A DNA stretch of 64,000 nt. It comes from an uncultured Lentisphaerales bacterium. GTDB taxonomy: Bacteria > Verrucomicrobiota > Lentisphaeria > JABSQK01. The notes under the pieces are model-generated. The model saw nothing but the letters and a program-made list of their open reading frames with translations, was not told where the DNA came from and made no database searches. The DNA is taken from contig CAYLNH010000008.1 in the NCBI GenBank assembly GCA_964384625.1, positions 629 to 64,628 on the forward strand, given 5' to 3'. A program made the position numbers and the translations under genes. Shown here piece after piece: positions 26,967 to 38,450 of the stretch (positions are counted from its first letter, which is position 1; the number at the start of each line of letters is the position of its first letter).

Positions 26967-28043
26967 ATGGCCTCTCGAAAACGAGTCCTCGATGCCTTTG
27001 CGCGTCGTCAACCGGATCGCTGTCCGACCTTCATCTGGCTGCACGACGACGCCCTCGAGCCGCTCGCGGGAGCTCTCGGCGTCAGCACGTGGCACGGGCT
27101 GGAAGAGGAATTGCAGATCGATCGCTGGCGCTTTGCCGAGATCGAGACGGCGCGACCGGACGGTTACGAGGAGATGCTCTGGAACTTCGTCCCCGATGAG
27201 TTCCGGGATCGAGACGATGTCGTCATTGCCGGCGAGGACGGCCGGGTGCTGCACGTCCCGGAAGGCGACGATGCCGTCGGCGAAACGGTCCTCTGGAACC
27301 CGCTGCAGGCGCTGACTTCACTGACGGAATTCGCGGAGTACCCGTTTCCGGATCTCTGCGGCCTGGAGATCCCGCCGGACTTCGCCACGCTGGTCAAACA
27401 ACGGCAGCAGCGGGACTCGATTGTCTCCGGCGCCGTCATGCAGCCGTTTACCTACGCCACTCATGTCCGCGGCTTCGGTAATGTGCTCTCCGACTTCATC
27501 ATCCGTCCGGAGATCGTCGAGTTCATCTACGACCGCATCTGCCGCTTCAACCGGATGAAGGCGGAGGCCCTGGCTGAAGCCGGCGTCGACGTGCTCCAGA
27601 TTGCCGGCGACATCGCCATGGAGCATCGACTGATCATGTCCCCGAATCTCTGGCGACGGTTCGACAAACCCAAACTGGCCGAACTCATCCGGCAGGTCCG
27701 CGAGGTCAAGCCGGATATCTGCATCGGCATCCATTCCGACGGCAAGCTGACCGACATCATCCCGGATCTGGTGGAGATCGGCATCGACTTCCTCAACCCG
27801 GTCGAACCCGAGTGCATGAATCCGTTCGAACTCAAGAAGAAGTGGGGCGATCGGCTGCTGATCTACGGCGGCGTGAGCCATCGACTCCTGACTGCCGGCA
27901 AGCCCGGGGCGATCCGCGCGCGGGTCCGGGAACTGGTCGATACCTGCGGCCGCAACGGCGGCCTGATCGTCGGCCCGACGAACGCCATCCTGCCCGAAAC
28001 GCCGCTTGAGAACGTCGTGGCCTTGTACCGGGCCGTAAGCTGA
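26967..28043 (+). CDS. Uroporphyrinogen decarboxylase (URO-D) family protein, MtaA/CmuA-like
   Basis: 358 aa. ...IHSDGKLTDIIPDLVEIGIDFLNPVEPECMNP...LLIYGGVS...GGLIVGPTNAILPETPLENVVALY is typical of URO-D-like methyltransferases/decarboxylases. Confidence 0.78.
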   Translation: MASRKRVLDAFARRQPDRCPTFIWLHDDALEPLAGALGVSTWHGLEEELQIDRWRFAEIETARPDGYEEMLWNFVPDEFRDRDDVVIAGEDGRVLHVPEGDDAVGETVLWNPLQALTSLTEFAEYPFPDLCGLEIPPDFATLVKQRQQRDSIVSGAVMQPFTYATHVRGFGNVLSDFIIRPEIVEFIYDRICRFNRMKAEALAEAGVDVLQIAGDIAMEHRLIMSPNLWRRFDKPKLAELIRQVREVKPDICIGIHSDGKLTDIIPDLVEIGIDFLNPVEPECMNPFELKKKWGDRLLIYGGVSHRLLTAGKPGAIRARVRELVDTCGRNGGLIVGPTNAILPETPLENVVALYRAVS

Positions 28044-28181
28044 ACGCTCCATCGGGCGTCGGCCATCCGGCCGCCGGGGACCACGGGGAGGTGGGGCAGA
28101 AGCCGGCCACGGCCCTTAATCAGACATCTCGCTCCCCCACGGCACGAGACATGGGGGCCGGAAAGGCTTTTCACGGCGAGT

Positions 28182-28241
28182 GTAGATACTCACCAGGCTG
28201 AGCTTGGGATCTCTTCTCGGAGAGCAGGAAACGAATCCCGC
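28182..28241 (+). repeat. Dispersed intergenic repeat, copy B
   Basis: GTAGATACTCACCAGGCTGAGCTTGGGATCTCTTCTCGGAGAGCAGGAAACGAATCCCGC is about 85% identical to copy C over 60 nt. Confidence 0.9.
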
Positions 28242-28291
28242 CCCCTTTCGGCGCCGGGTGTGGCTGCGAATGGCCAAAGGGTCTCTCCAGG

Positions 28292-29497
28292 TCAGTCGGG
28301 TTCGAAGCCGGCTTCGGCGATCGCCCGCTTGAGCTCGGCATCGGTCAGGTCGTTGCCTTTAATGTCGACGTTGCCGGTCTCCAGGTCCACCTCGACGGCG
28401 CCAACGCCGCTGATGACCAGGAGGGCGTTCCGGACTTTGCCGGCGCAACCTTCACAGCTCATGCCGGCTACCTTGATGGTCAGTTCCTGCTCCACAGTTC
28501 CTGCCCCTTTTCGTTGGCGTCGCCACCGGCTGAAATCGCGAACGGCAAACCAGATACAGGCCGCAACCAAAAGCCCGCCGCAGACGACGCTGATCCAGGA
28601 CGTGTGGTCATGCTGCATGGGGCCGACCCGGCCGCCGGTTTCCAGAACAAAGCCGAACAGATAACCGAACGCAATGCTGCCGAGGGTGATCGTGGTGAGA
28701 TAGATCGCCAGTACCCTGGCGCCGAAACTGCGGTAGACCGCGCCGAGAGTGGCGACGTTCGACGCCGGCCCGGCCATCAGGAAGACCAGCGCGGCGCCCG
28801 GCGGCATGCCGGCGGCGACCAGCGCCGCAGCGATCGGCACCGAGCTTGTGGCGCAGACATACAGCGGCAGCGAGATCACCAGCATCAGCAGCAAAGCCAT
28901 AATGCCGCCGGCATACCAGGCGCCGCTGAAGAAGTCCTTCGGCACCCAGGTGCTGATGGCTGCGGACACCACAACGCCGATGACAATCCAGTGCCAGATC
29001 ATGTGCAGCAGGTCATTGAAGGCGAAATCCCAAATGGCTTTGATGCCCTTCCGGCAGGCTGTGTCCGCCCGGTTCGCGGCGGCCGGAGCGGAAGCCGGCG
29101 GCACGAGAACCTGGGTGGCGGCGCCGCCGATTAACCCGGTGACCGCCGCGCTGAACACCTTGAACAAGGCGAACGGCCAGCCGAGGAAACTGGCGCTGAC
29201 GAAGATCGAGTCGACGCCGGTCTGCGGCGTGCTGATCAGGAAGCCGACCGCGGCCCCGTCGCTGGCGCCCTGTTTCTTGATGCCCAGAGCCGCGGGAATC
29301 ACGCCGCAGGAACACAGCGGCATCGGGACACCGAGAACAATGGCTTTGACCACGGCGATGAAACCGCTGGAACCGAGGTGGCGTTCAACGAAATCGCGCG
29401 GCACCAGAATATGCAGCAATCCGGCCACGCCGAGGCCGAGGAACAGCCAGGGCGCCAGCTCGGTCACAACGTTCCAGAGGTTTTGCAGATAGTCCAT
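28292..29497 (-). CDS. Permease (ArsP/DUF318-like, SO_0444-type metal transporter) fused to a C-terminal HMA metal-binding domain
   Basis: Multi-TM protein with ...VPMPLCSCGVIP... The C-terminus LTIKVAGMSCEGCAGKVRNAL...VDLETGNVDI is a classic MxCxxC HMA domain. The first ATG (MDYLQNLW, 29497) is preferred over the TTG at 29557; the start is uncertain. Confidence 0.8.
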   Translation of the reverse strand: MDYLQNLWNVVTELAPWLFLGLGVAGLLHILVPRDFVERHLGSSGFIAVVKAIVLGVPMPLCSCGVIPAALGIKKQGASDGAAVGFLISTPQTGVDSIFVSASFLGWPFALFKVFSAAVTGLIGGAATQVLVPPASAPAAANRADTACRKGIKAIWDFAFNDLLHMIWHWIVIGVVVSAAISTWVPKDFFSGAWYAGGIMALLLMLVISLPLYVCATSSVPIAAALVAAGMPPGAALVFLMAGPASNVATLGAVYRSFGARVLAIYLTTITLGSIAFGYLFGFVLETGGRVGPMQHDHTSWISVVCGGLLVAACIWFAVRDFSRWRRQRKGAGTVEQELTIKVAGMSCEGCAGKVRNALLVISGVGAVEVDLETGNVDIKGNDLTDAELKRAIAEAGFEPD

Positions 29498-29584
29498 GGT
29501 TCCATTTGCCCAAATGAACGGGCGTGTTGCTTCGTGTTTCTGCTTTTTGTTCAACAATAGATTCAGGCCCGGCCTCGCCTCAAG

Positions 29585-31180
29585 TCAGGCAAGTCGCCGC
29601 CTGAGGACGCGGGCCAGCAACCAGCCGAGAAAGGCGGCGGGAAGCATGGCGACCAGGATCACGATCAGGCAGAGGCCGGCGGCATCGGCGTAGACGCCGA
29701 AATGGATCAACGTGAAAAACCGGACGGAAACGATGGGATAGCCCGGCGGACAGACCAGGAAGGACGCGCCGAGTTCGCCGAGATTCAGCACCAGGCAGAC
29801 CAGCCAGGCGCAGGCCAGGCCGCGCCAGCAAAGGGGCGCTGAGATACCGTACAGCCGGCGAACGAAACCGGCGCCCTCCAGTTTCGCGGCGTCATGCAGG
29901 CTGCCCGGCACCCGCTGCACCGCCGGATACAGGATCAACGCCGCGAACGGCAGGCTGCGCAGCATCCAGGCAAACACCAGAATCAACGGCGAATCATAGA
30001 TGCCGCCGAGGACGTCGTTGTTGAGCGTCATGATCAGGCCGACCCCCACCAGCGGCGCCGGCACCGCCAGGAGCAGCACCACCGCCAGATCCACCAGCCA
30101 GCCGTATCGCCGGCGCGCCATCGCGGCCCAGACGAAGGCCAACTTGACGGTGACAGCCGCGGCAACGCCCGCCAGCGGCACGGTACGCAGCAGTTCCGCC
30201 GTCGTCGTGCGGCCGGCATTCAGCAGATTTGTCGGCGACGCAACCGCACGCAGCAAGGCGCCGAGCGGAATCAGCAGAACCAGGGCGTAGACCAGCAGCA
30301 CGAGGCCGATCCCGGGAACGGTCCAGCGACCCAGCGGCACCGTTGCCGGCGGTCGCAGCGCCCCCTCTTCAGTTCGTTCGCCAAACGAACGAAAACGGCG
30401 CCGCAGCAGCCACAGAAGCAGGCCGAAGACGAAGACCTCCGGCAGCGCGACCGCCGCGGCACGCCAGGGCTTGACTGCGTCAATCGCTTCTCCCAGCGCC
30501 TGCTCCGGCAGTTGGAATTGAATGTAGGTCTCCTCCGCGAACGTCCGCAGGTTCAGCGTATCCGTCATGGTGATGTCGTGAAAAGAGAGCACGAGCACGG
30601 CCATGGCGGCGGCGGCAAGGCCCCACGCCGCATTGGGAATGCTGACGCTGCGGAACACCCCGCGCCAGCCGGCGTCGAGCAGGCCAAGGTCCTCCTGGGT
30701 GGAATCGCCGCCGGCAAACGTCGCCCCGCAGATCAGCGCCGTGGCCGGCAGATATGCCAGACCCTGAACCGCGCCGACGGCCAGGGCCTTCTGCCACCAG
30801 TCGCCGATGTTGAACCAGACCGCGTTGCCGATGACGGCCATCCACGCGGTTGATACCGCGTACAGCGGGATACAGCTCGCAATCAGCGCCGCGGCCAGAA
30901 AAATACGGCGGCCGGGCAGTCGCGTCCGAAACAGCAGGAAGCCCAGCGGCACGCCCGGAATCAGATTCACCGCCAGTGTCACCCCGCAGACCGCCAACGT
31001 GTTCCGCAGCAGAACGCCGATCCTGCCGGTGTCCCCGTAGACCGCCGTCAGATGGCGAAACGAAGGCCCCCCTTGCCAGAAGACGCCCAACAGCATGAGC
31101 AGCACCGGCGCCATGACCGCCAGGCTGACGGCGATGGCGACGACCGCGAACACGGAATCTGTCCAGGAGGTCCTGCGCAT
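29585..31180 (-). CDS. ABC transporter permease, duplicated BPD-type (iron(III)/thiamine FbpB-like)
   Basis: 531 aa with about 12 TM segments in two repeated halves. No ATPase or binding-protein gene is adjacent. Confidence 0.75.
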   Translation of the reverse strand: MRRTSWTDSVFAVVAIAVSLAVMAPVLLMLLGVFWQGGPSFRHLTAVYGDTGRIGVLLRNTLAVCGVTLAVNLIPGVPLGFLLFRTRLPGRRIFLAAALIASCIPLYAVSTAWMAVIGNAVWFNIGDWWQKALAVGAVQGLAYLPATALICGATFAGGDSTQEDLGLLDAGWRGVFRSVSIPNAAWGLAAAAMAVLVLSFHDITMTDTLNLRTFAEETYIQFQLPEQALGEAIDAVKPWRAAAVALPEVFVFGLLLWLLRRRFRSFGERTEEGALRPPATVPLGRWTVPGIGLVLLVYALVLLIPLGALLRAVASPTNLLNAGRTTTAELLRTVPLAGVAAAVTVKLAFVWAAMARRRYGWLVDLAVVLLLAVPAPLVGVGLIMTLNNDVLGGIYDSPLILVFAWMLRSLPFAALILYPAVQRVPGSLHDAAKLEGAGFVRRLYGISAPLCWRGLACAWLVCLVLNLGELGASFLVCPPGYPIVSVRFFTLIHFGVYADAAGLCLIVILVAMLPAAFLGWLLARVLRRRLA

Positions 31181-31317
31181 ACTTGCTCCTGTGGGCTGTC
31201 ACAGGAAGGTAACCGCGTTGCTCGATTCCACCAGTCACGGCGCCGCCGGAGTGGCGGCAGGCTGCGGCGCCCGCCGCCGAAGCAAGTCCGTGCCGGCTGC
31301 GCCGGAGGCGGAGCGCT

Positions 31318-31746
31318 TCAGCGGCGGAGCTGGATTCGCCGGCCGGTCCGCACCGTCAACAACGATACCAGCGAAACGCAGAACAGCGGCGCCAGGAATG
31401 CCAGGGCGGCAGCGACGCCGGTGAATCTGAAGTGGTAGTGCCCGGGGCTGACGGGGCCGTTCATCACGGCAAAGAGGCAGATCGCACCGAACCCGCCGCT
31501 CACCAGCAGGCCGACCAGCGACATGACCACCCGCGGCGCAACACTGCCGTATTCCACATCACGATGCCGGTGCAGGACCCGGCCGCGGCGCACACGCATC
31601 GTTCGATGCTTGCTGATTGGCTCGGAATTGTGCCGGCGCCGGCGACGCCATTGCCGGGCCCGGCGTTTACGAAGAGACTGAGCCCGGTTTTCCTGGCCGC
31701 GCTTAATGCGGCTGAAGGCTCCCATTGCGGCGCCACAAGTTCCCAT
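31318..31746 (-). CDS. Hypothetical membrane protein with an Arg-rich N-terminus and two TM segments
   Basis: AGGAGG lies upstream of the ATG at 31746. MGTCGAAMGAFSRIKRGQENRAQSLRKRRARQWRRRRRH..., then two hydrophobic helices. I recognise no family. Confidence 0.5.
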   Translation of the reverse strand: MGTCGAAMGAFSRIKRGQENRAQSLRKRRARQWRRRRRHNSEPISKHRTMRVRRGRVLHRHRDVEYGSVAPRVVMSLVGLLVSGGFGAICLFAVMNGPVSPGHYHFRFTGVAAALAFLAPLFCVSLVSLLTVRTGRRIQLRR

Positions 31747-31864
31747 GGCGGTCCTCCTTGAGTTGCGTCTTTGCTCAAGGGGACGACGGCCGGCGGCGAT
31801 TATGTACGACTGCACCGGAACCGCACGCGGCATCCGGCAACCGGGTTCGCTCTGCCGTACCGGT

Positions 31865-34021
<2,157 letters not shown>

Positions 34022-34280
34022 TTACCTTGGCCGGGCCGCCGCCGGATGCAACCCCGGCGCCGCCGGAATTCTCGATTTCCTCAGCCCGGAAGCCTCCCGC
34101 GCTTCGCGTTTTGCCGTCAACATCTCCCCGGGTTTTGCCCAAGCTGCACCCGCCGCGCAAAGCCTCCCCGCGCCTCGTGCCGTGGGTGAGCTACATCTCC
34201 CGCGAAAAGATCCCCCTGGCGGTGCCGGGGGAGTGTCAGCCCCCCTCAGTTTCGCCTTCGCCCCGACTCTCCCGCCCTTT

Positions 34281-34319
34281 GCTCCGGAATAGGCAAATTG
34301 TAGTTGCCAATTCCGGAGC
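34281..34319. repeat. Strong hairpin: 10-bp plus 5-bp stems with one A.A mismatch and a 7-nt loop
   Basis: GCTCCGGAAT-A-GGCAA-attgtag-TTGCC-A-ATTCCGGAGC, read directly from the sequence. Confidence 0.9.
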
Positions 34320-34346
34320 AAAGAGCGGGGTTTCCGGCGTGCCGGT

Positions 34347-34420
34347 TGAACTGAAGGGGGTATAGATACTCCCCAAGCTGAGCTTGGGATCTCGTCTCGG
34401 AGAGCAGGAACCTGATGCCG
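34347..34420 (+). repeat. Dispersed intergenic repeat, copy C
   Basis: TGAACTGAAGGGGGTATAGATACTCCCCAAGCTGAGCTTGGGATCTCGTCTCGGAGAGCAGGAACCTGATGCCG. Contains the small hairpin CCCAAGC-tga-GCTTGGG. Confidence 0.9.
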
Positions 34421-34519
34421 TACACTTCTCGCGAACGATGTAGACAGACAGCCCCTGCCGGCGGGATTCCGGCAAGGAGCAGGATGTCCCAGCCCTCTTT
34501 ACGTCAGCACGATTCCGGC

Positions 34520-37177
34520 CTAATCGGCAGCACTCATGAATGCCGCCATGGCGCGCGAGAGACCGTCCAGAGCGGACGCATCCGGCAAAGTGACGGTCAA
34601 TTGCAGTTTGCCGTCATCGGTTTGTTCCAGGCATTCGGAGAAGCCTTGCTTCAGGCCGTTCGCCATGGTCTGCAGTTCGGGAGTGTCTTCCTGCGGGGGC
34701 GCCATTTCGGCCAACAGATTGAAGGCGGCGCTCAACATCTGTCCGGCGGCAGCCGAGACCCGTTGGCGGCGTTCGCCGCGCGCGGGCGGCGCGGTTTCTT
34801 TTTCCGCCGGCGCGGCTTCTTCGCGGGCGCCAAGGAGGACTTCCAGCCGGCGTTTGAGCTCTTCCATGCCGCTTTCCATGGACACTTCCGCCACTTCGGA
34901 GTTGATGTCCAGCGCGGCCAGGGCCAATTCGTGTTTGGCCGACAACGTGGTAAGCAGGTTCTCCTCCAGCGTGCCCTCGGTCACCAGCAGGTAAACCTGC
35001 ACGGGGTTCCTCTGGCCCATGCGGTGGGCCCGCGCGATGCGTTGCTCCAGCACCGCCGGGTTCCACGGCAGGTCGACGTTGATCACGGTGTTGGCGCTCT
35101 GCAGGTTCAGGCCCGTGGCGCCGGCATTGGTGGTGATAAACAGCCGGCAGTCCGAATCATCGTTGAACTCGCGCATCAGGGCCGCGCGCTTCTTCTGCGG
35201 CACCGAGCCGTCGAGCCGGACAAACTTCAGATTCAACGCCCGCAATTGCGGCTCGATCAGGTCGAGCATGCTGGTCCATTCCGAGAACAGGACCACCTTG
35301 CGATCGGTGCTGTCGGCAATTTCCTCGAACAGCTCAAAGAGCCGATCGAGTTTGCTGGAGCAGTTCGGCTCCTGTTTGTCGGCCAGGATACTCGCGTTGG
35401 CACAGAGACGACACATCAAGAGGGCCTTCTGCAGTCGCATCAGATCCATCTGTGTCAGATACTTCTTGCGTACGATGCCACTGACAATCCGCATGTGCGT
35501 TCCGTGCAGCTCGAGTTGCGCGTCGGTCGGTTCGACGCGGATGATCTCGGTGGTGCGCGGCGGCAGTTCGTCCAGCACCTGGGCCCGCGTCCGCCGCAGC
35601 AGAATCGGGCTGAGTTTTTCACGCAGCTGATCCAGGTTGCGATAGCCCAGGACCCGGCCTTTCTCGTTGACGATCCGGTGTTCATGCAGGAACCGGAACG
35701 CCGGGCCCAGGCGCTGTTCGTCGACGAACTGCACGACGGTGTAGAGTTCTTCGAGCCGGTTCTCGAGCGGCGTCCCGGTCAACACCAGAGCGAACGGCGA
35801 ATTCAGACTGCGAATCATCCGGGAGGTTTTCGCTTCCCAGTTTTTGATCCGCTGGCCTTCGTCGAGAATGATCAGATCCCAGGCCACGGGCTCGATGGCG
35901 TCGAGATCGCGAATCACCTGTTCGTAGTTGCAGATGGTGAAGAACGCGTCGGTGTCGTACTGCTCGGCGCGTTCGGCGGCGTTGCCCAGCACGAGTTGGG
36001 TCGTCCGGCCGCAGAACTTGTTGATCTCGCTGCGCCATTGCGACTTCAGCGATGCCGGGCAGATGATCAGCACTTTGGTGATCGCGGCTTCGATCCGGAG
36101 GAACTCGGCCAGACCGATGCCTTGGATGGTCTTGCCCAGTCCCATGTCATCGGCGAGGACGGCACGTCCGGCGCCGGCGGCGAAGGCGATGCCGTCAAGC
36201 TGGTAGGGCCGGAGTTCCGCGTTGATCAAATCCGTTCGCAGGGGGTGCTTTGCCGGGTTGCGACGGATGTCGGTAACGACCGTTTCGAGCCGCGCCTGGT
36301 GGAGGCGGTGCTGAATGAATTCTTCGGCGTCGGGATAGACCACCACATCCTGGCCCTCCCGCTGGATGGCCAGCAGCAGGCGGGTAAACGCCTCGACGTC
36401 GTGATCGATCACCCGGGCGGCCTTACCGGCCAGCTTCTTCACTGCCGCCGGCAAGCCGTCGGGAAGCAGCAAACGCAGGTGCGGCAAGCCGGAATAATCC
36501 AGCGATACGCTGATCGAGGGGCGCACATATGCCTGTTTCCGTTCTTTGGCGCGGAATTTGCGCTTTACTGTATTTTGGACTTTGATGATGTGCTTGCAGG
36601 TACCCAACGTGTTCTTACGGAAATCCGGGCAGGAACAATAGGAGTCCCCGCGTCCCCAGCCGCGCAGCGCCACGCGATAGGTGTTGCCGGAAGTTCCGCT
36701 GTTGACGGTGTAGTCGGTCCACAGCACCTTCGGGTCTGCGGATTGAACCCGCATGTTCTCTTCCTTCGCCCGTTCTTCGCGTTCCGCCAGCGCTCGGTCG
36801 ACCAGTTCTTCCGGGCTGAGCATCTCCAGGGGCAGCTTTTCGACCGGGACATCGGAAAGCCCCAGTGCCATCTTATTCTCGAGCACAAGGTGCAACACAG
36901 TGCCGATATGCTCGCACGGGACATCGCAAACACTGCATTCCGCCCGCAATCGGCGTTTCTTTGGGGACAGCCGCAGGTGTACGGTGGCGTCATCGAACTT
37001 GACCCGCAGGAATTCATTCGTCAGCGTCACATCCTTCCGAAAGTCGATCTCGGGCAGTGCATTTTTGTGGATCAGGCTGGCGTGTTTCTTTGCGCCCAAC
37101 AGCTTTTCAGCCTGCTTCAGTTCCAGGTGCGACAGCCGGTCGCGCAAAGTCAGCTCATCGGTTGATTTGGTTTTCAT
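34520..37177 (-). CDS. SNF2-family helicase/translocase with two N-terminal SWIM-type zinc fingers
   Basis: 885 aa. CSVCDVPCEH and CSCPDFRKNTLGTCKHI (CxCxnCxH). Helicase motifs ...LADDMGLGKTIQ..., DEGQRIKN, LTGTPLEN and the helicase C domain ...QRIARAHRMGQ. Confidence 0.9.
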   Translation of the reverse strand: MKTKSTDELTLRDRLSHLELKQAEKLLGAKKHASLIHKNALPEIDFRKDVTLTNEFLRVKFDDATVHLRLSPKKRRLRAECSVCDVPCEHIGTVLHLVLENKMALGLSDVPVEKLPLEMLSPEELVDRALAEREERAKEENMRVQSADPKVLWTDYTVNSGTSGNTYRVALRGWGRGDSYCSCPDFRKNTLGTCKHIIKVQNTVKRKFRAKERKQAYVRPSISVSLDYSGLPHLRLLLPDGLPAAVKKLAGKAARVIDHDVEAFTRLLLAIQREGQDVVVYPDAEEFIQHRLHQARLETVVTDIRRNPAKHPLRTDLINAELRPYQLDGIAFAAGAGRAVLADDMGLGKTIQGIGLAEFLRIEAAITKVLIICPASLKSQWRSEINKFCGRTTQLVLGNAAERAEQYDTDAFFTICNYEQVIRDLDAIEPVAWDLIILDEGQRIKNWEAKTSRMIRSLNSPFALVLTGTPLENRLEELYTVVQFVDEQRLGPAFRFLHEHRIVNEKGRVLGYRNLDQLREKLSPILLRRTRAQVLDELPPRTTEIIRVEPTDAQLELHGTHMRIVSGIVRKKYLTQMDLMRLQKALLMCRLCANASILADKQEPNCSSKLDRLFELFEEIADSTDRKVVLFSEWTSMLDLIEPQLRALNLKFVRLDGSVPQKKRAALMREFNDDSDCRLFITTNAGATGLNLQSANTVINVDLPWNPAVLEQRIARAHRMGQRNPVQVYLLVTEGTLEENLLTTLSAKHELALAALDINSEVAEVSMESGMEELKRRLEVLLGAREEAAPAEKETAPPARGERRQRVSAAAGQMLSAAFNLLAEMAPPQEDTPELQTMANGLKQGFSECLEQTDDGKLQLTVTLPDASALDGLSRAMAAFMSAAD

Positions 37178-37189
37178 CAGGTCCTCGGT

Positions 37190-37717
37190 TCAATTTGGCA
37201 TTCCTTCGTCCACGTCCGGATCATCGTCATCAACTGCCACGCCCGGATCGAAGTTGTCGAACAAGATTGCTTCGGCTTCCTCACGCGCGTCGATCTCTTC
37301 CTGTTCCTCCCAGGTTATACCGAACGGTGCACCACCGGCTGTATAGCCGGCGATAAAGGAGTAGTTTTCATCATAGTCAATACCATAGCCATCAAGGTCG
37401 CCATCGGGAAAGAACTCCCAGGCATCAATTGGCGTCTTCTTCTTGAAGGGGTCGGGTTGTCGCGTCAACTGGTCGCGCAGACGCTCGAGATAGAGCCGGT
37501 CAAATCTGACGCCAAGGGTATGCAGTTCGGCGATGGCGCATTCGTAGTTCACATGGAAATGCTTGCGGTAACGCCGAAGCATATTTTTCGGCTTGCCCCA
37601 ATGCCTCTTTACCCAATCCGGGGCTTTGGCAACACGCCTCGCGCGGCCCTTGAGTTTGGGCTTCTTGGGAGGTTTTTTCTTTTTTTGTTTCTGTTTCTTC
37701 CTTTTTCTGCGTGCCAT
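37190..37717 (-). CDS. Hypothetical protein with a polybasic N-terminus and polyacidic C-terminus, co-oriented 12 nt upstream of the SNF2 gene
   Basis: 175 aa. MARRKRKKQKQKKKKPPKKPKLKGRARR... at the N-terminus and ...EEQEEIDAREEAEAILFDNFDPGVAVDDDDPDVDEGMPN at the C-terminus. ATG start. I recognise no family. Confidence 0.6.
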   Translation of the reverse strand: MARRKRKKQKQKKKKPPKKPKLKGRARRVAKAPDWVKRHWGKPKNMLRRYRKHFHVNYECAIAELHTLGVRFDRLYLERLRDQLTRQPDPFKKKTPIDAWEFFPDGDLDGYGIDYDENYSFIAGYTAGGAPFGITWEEQEEIDAREEAEAILFDNFDPGVAVDDDDPDVDEGMPN

Positions 37718-37827
37718 GTCGTTGCCTTGAATACATGCCTACAGCGGAAGGCATGTGTCATTTGTGTGGCAAGCGACTTTCGCTTGTCCATGCCAGATCG
37801 CAAATCATAGATCACTGTCTTCATCGT

Positions 37828-37897
37828 TGTCGCTTCGCAGCTGCCTCCGGCAGCCAGAGGCCGGAGGCCGCCGGTCGCCTGTCGGAGCGAAGCGATA
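37828..37897. repeat. GC-rich nested-hairpin element in a lower-GC spacer
   Basis: Outer stem TCGCTTCGC (37830-37838) pairs with GCGAAGCGA (37887-37895). Inner stem GCCTCCGGC (37843-37851) pairs with GCCGGAGGC (37860-37868). Confidence 0.85.
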
Positions 37898-38253
37898 TCC
37901 GAATTAGGTTGGGTGCAAAGATAGACCACGATCATGACAACGAAAAGAGATTGATTGCACCTTTGCCGTGTTACGTGGAAGAATCAACATGCGATCGTGT
38001 GTGTTGAGTGCAAGCCTGCAAGTACGACCGTGCATCCATCGCGACGATTCTGGAGAAGCTCTTGATCACCGCCGAATTCGAGATCGAACAGGCAACCCTT
38101 GCCTGGCAGGCATCGGGTGAGTACCGCGAGGGGTCGGCTGATTTCTCGGACGACCTCATTGGTCGAGTCGCCGCCGAACACGACGCATTGCCGGTCCATA
38201 CACTTGACCGCAAGGCGGCGCAGAGTGACCGGTTCAAGTTTGTGGATGCCTAA
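37891..38253 (+). pseudogene. Decayed PIN-domain (VapC-like) toxin gene, interrupted by an in-frame TGA at 38005-38007
   Basis: The 3' part (38008-38253), ...YDRASIATILEKLLITAEFEIEQATLAWQASGEYREGSADFSDDLIGRVAAEHDALPVHTLDRKAAQSDRFKFV, matches the C-terminal half of the COG5611-type PIN family as I recall it. The same frame continues upstream of the TGA (SDIRIRLGAKIDHDHDNEKRLIAPLPCYVEESTCDRVC*), where the DTN-type N-terminal motif is degenerate. No antitoxin ORF is visible. Confidence 0.55.
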
Positions 38254-38450
38254 TCACCGGCGACCCCAACGAGGGAGGGCTCCTCCCTCCCCGACTCGGA
38301 TCCCGCGCGCATCTGCGCGCTGCGTATGCGCTGGCGCCTTGCCCGCCTGTTCCGAGTCTTGCGGCGGTCTGCCGCTGCACCGGAACGAATCCTGTCCGCA
38401 GGATTACTTGACGGGATTCACGGCGATATCCAGTGGTTCAGGCGAAGCGC

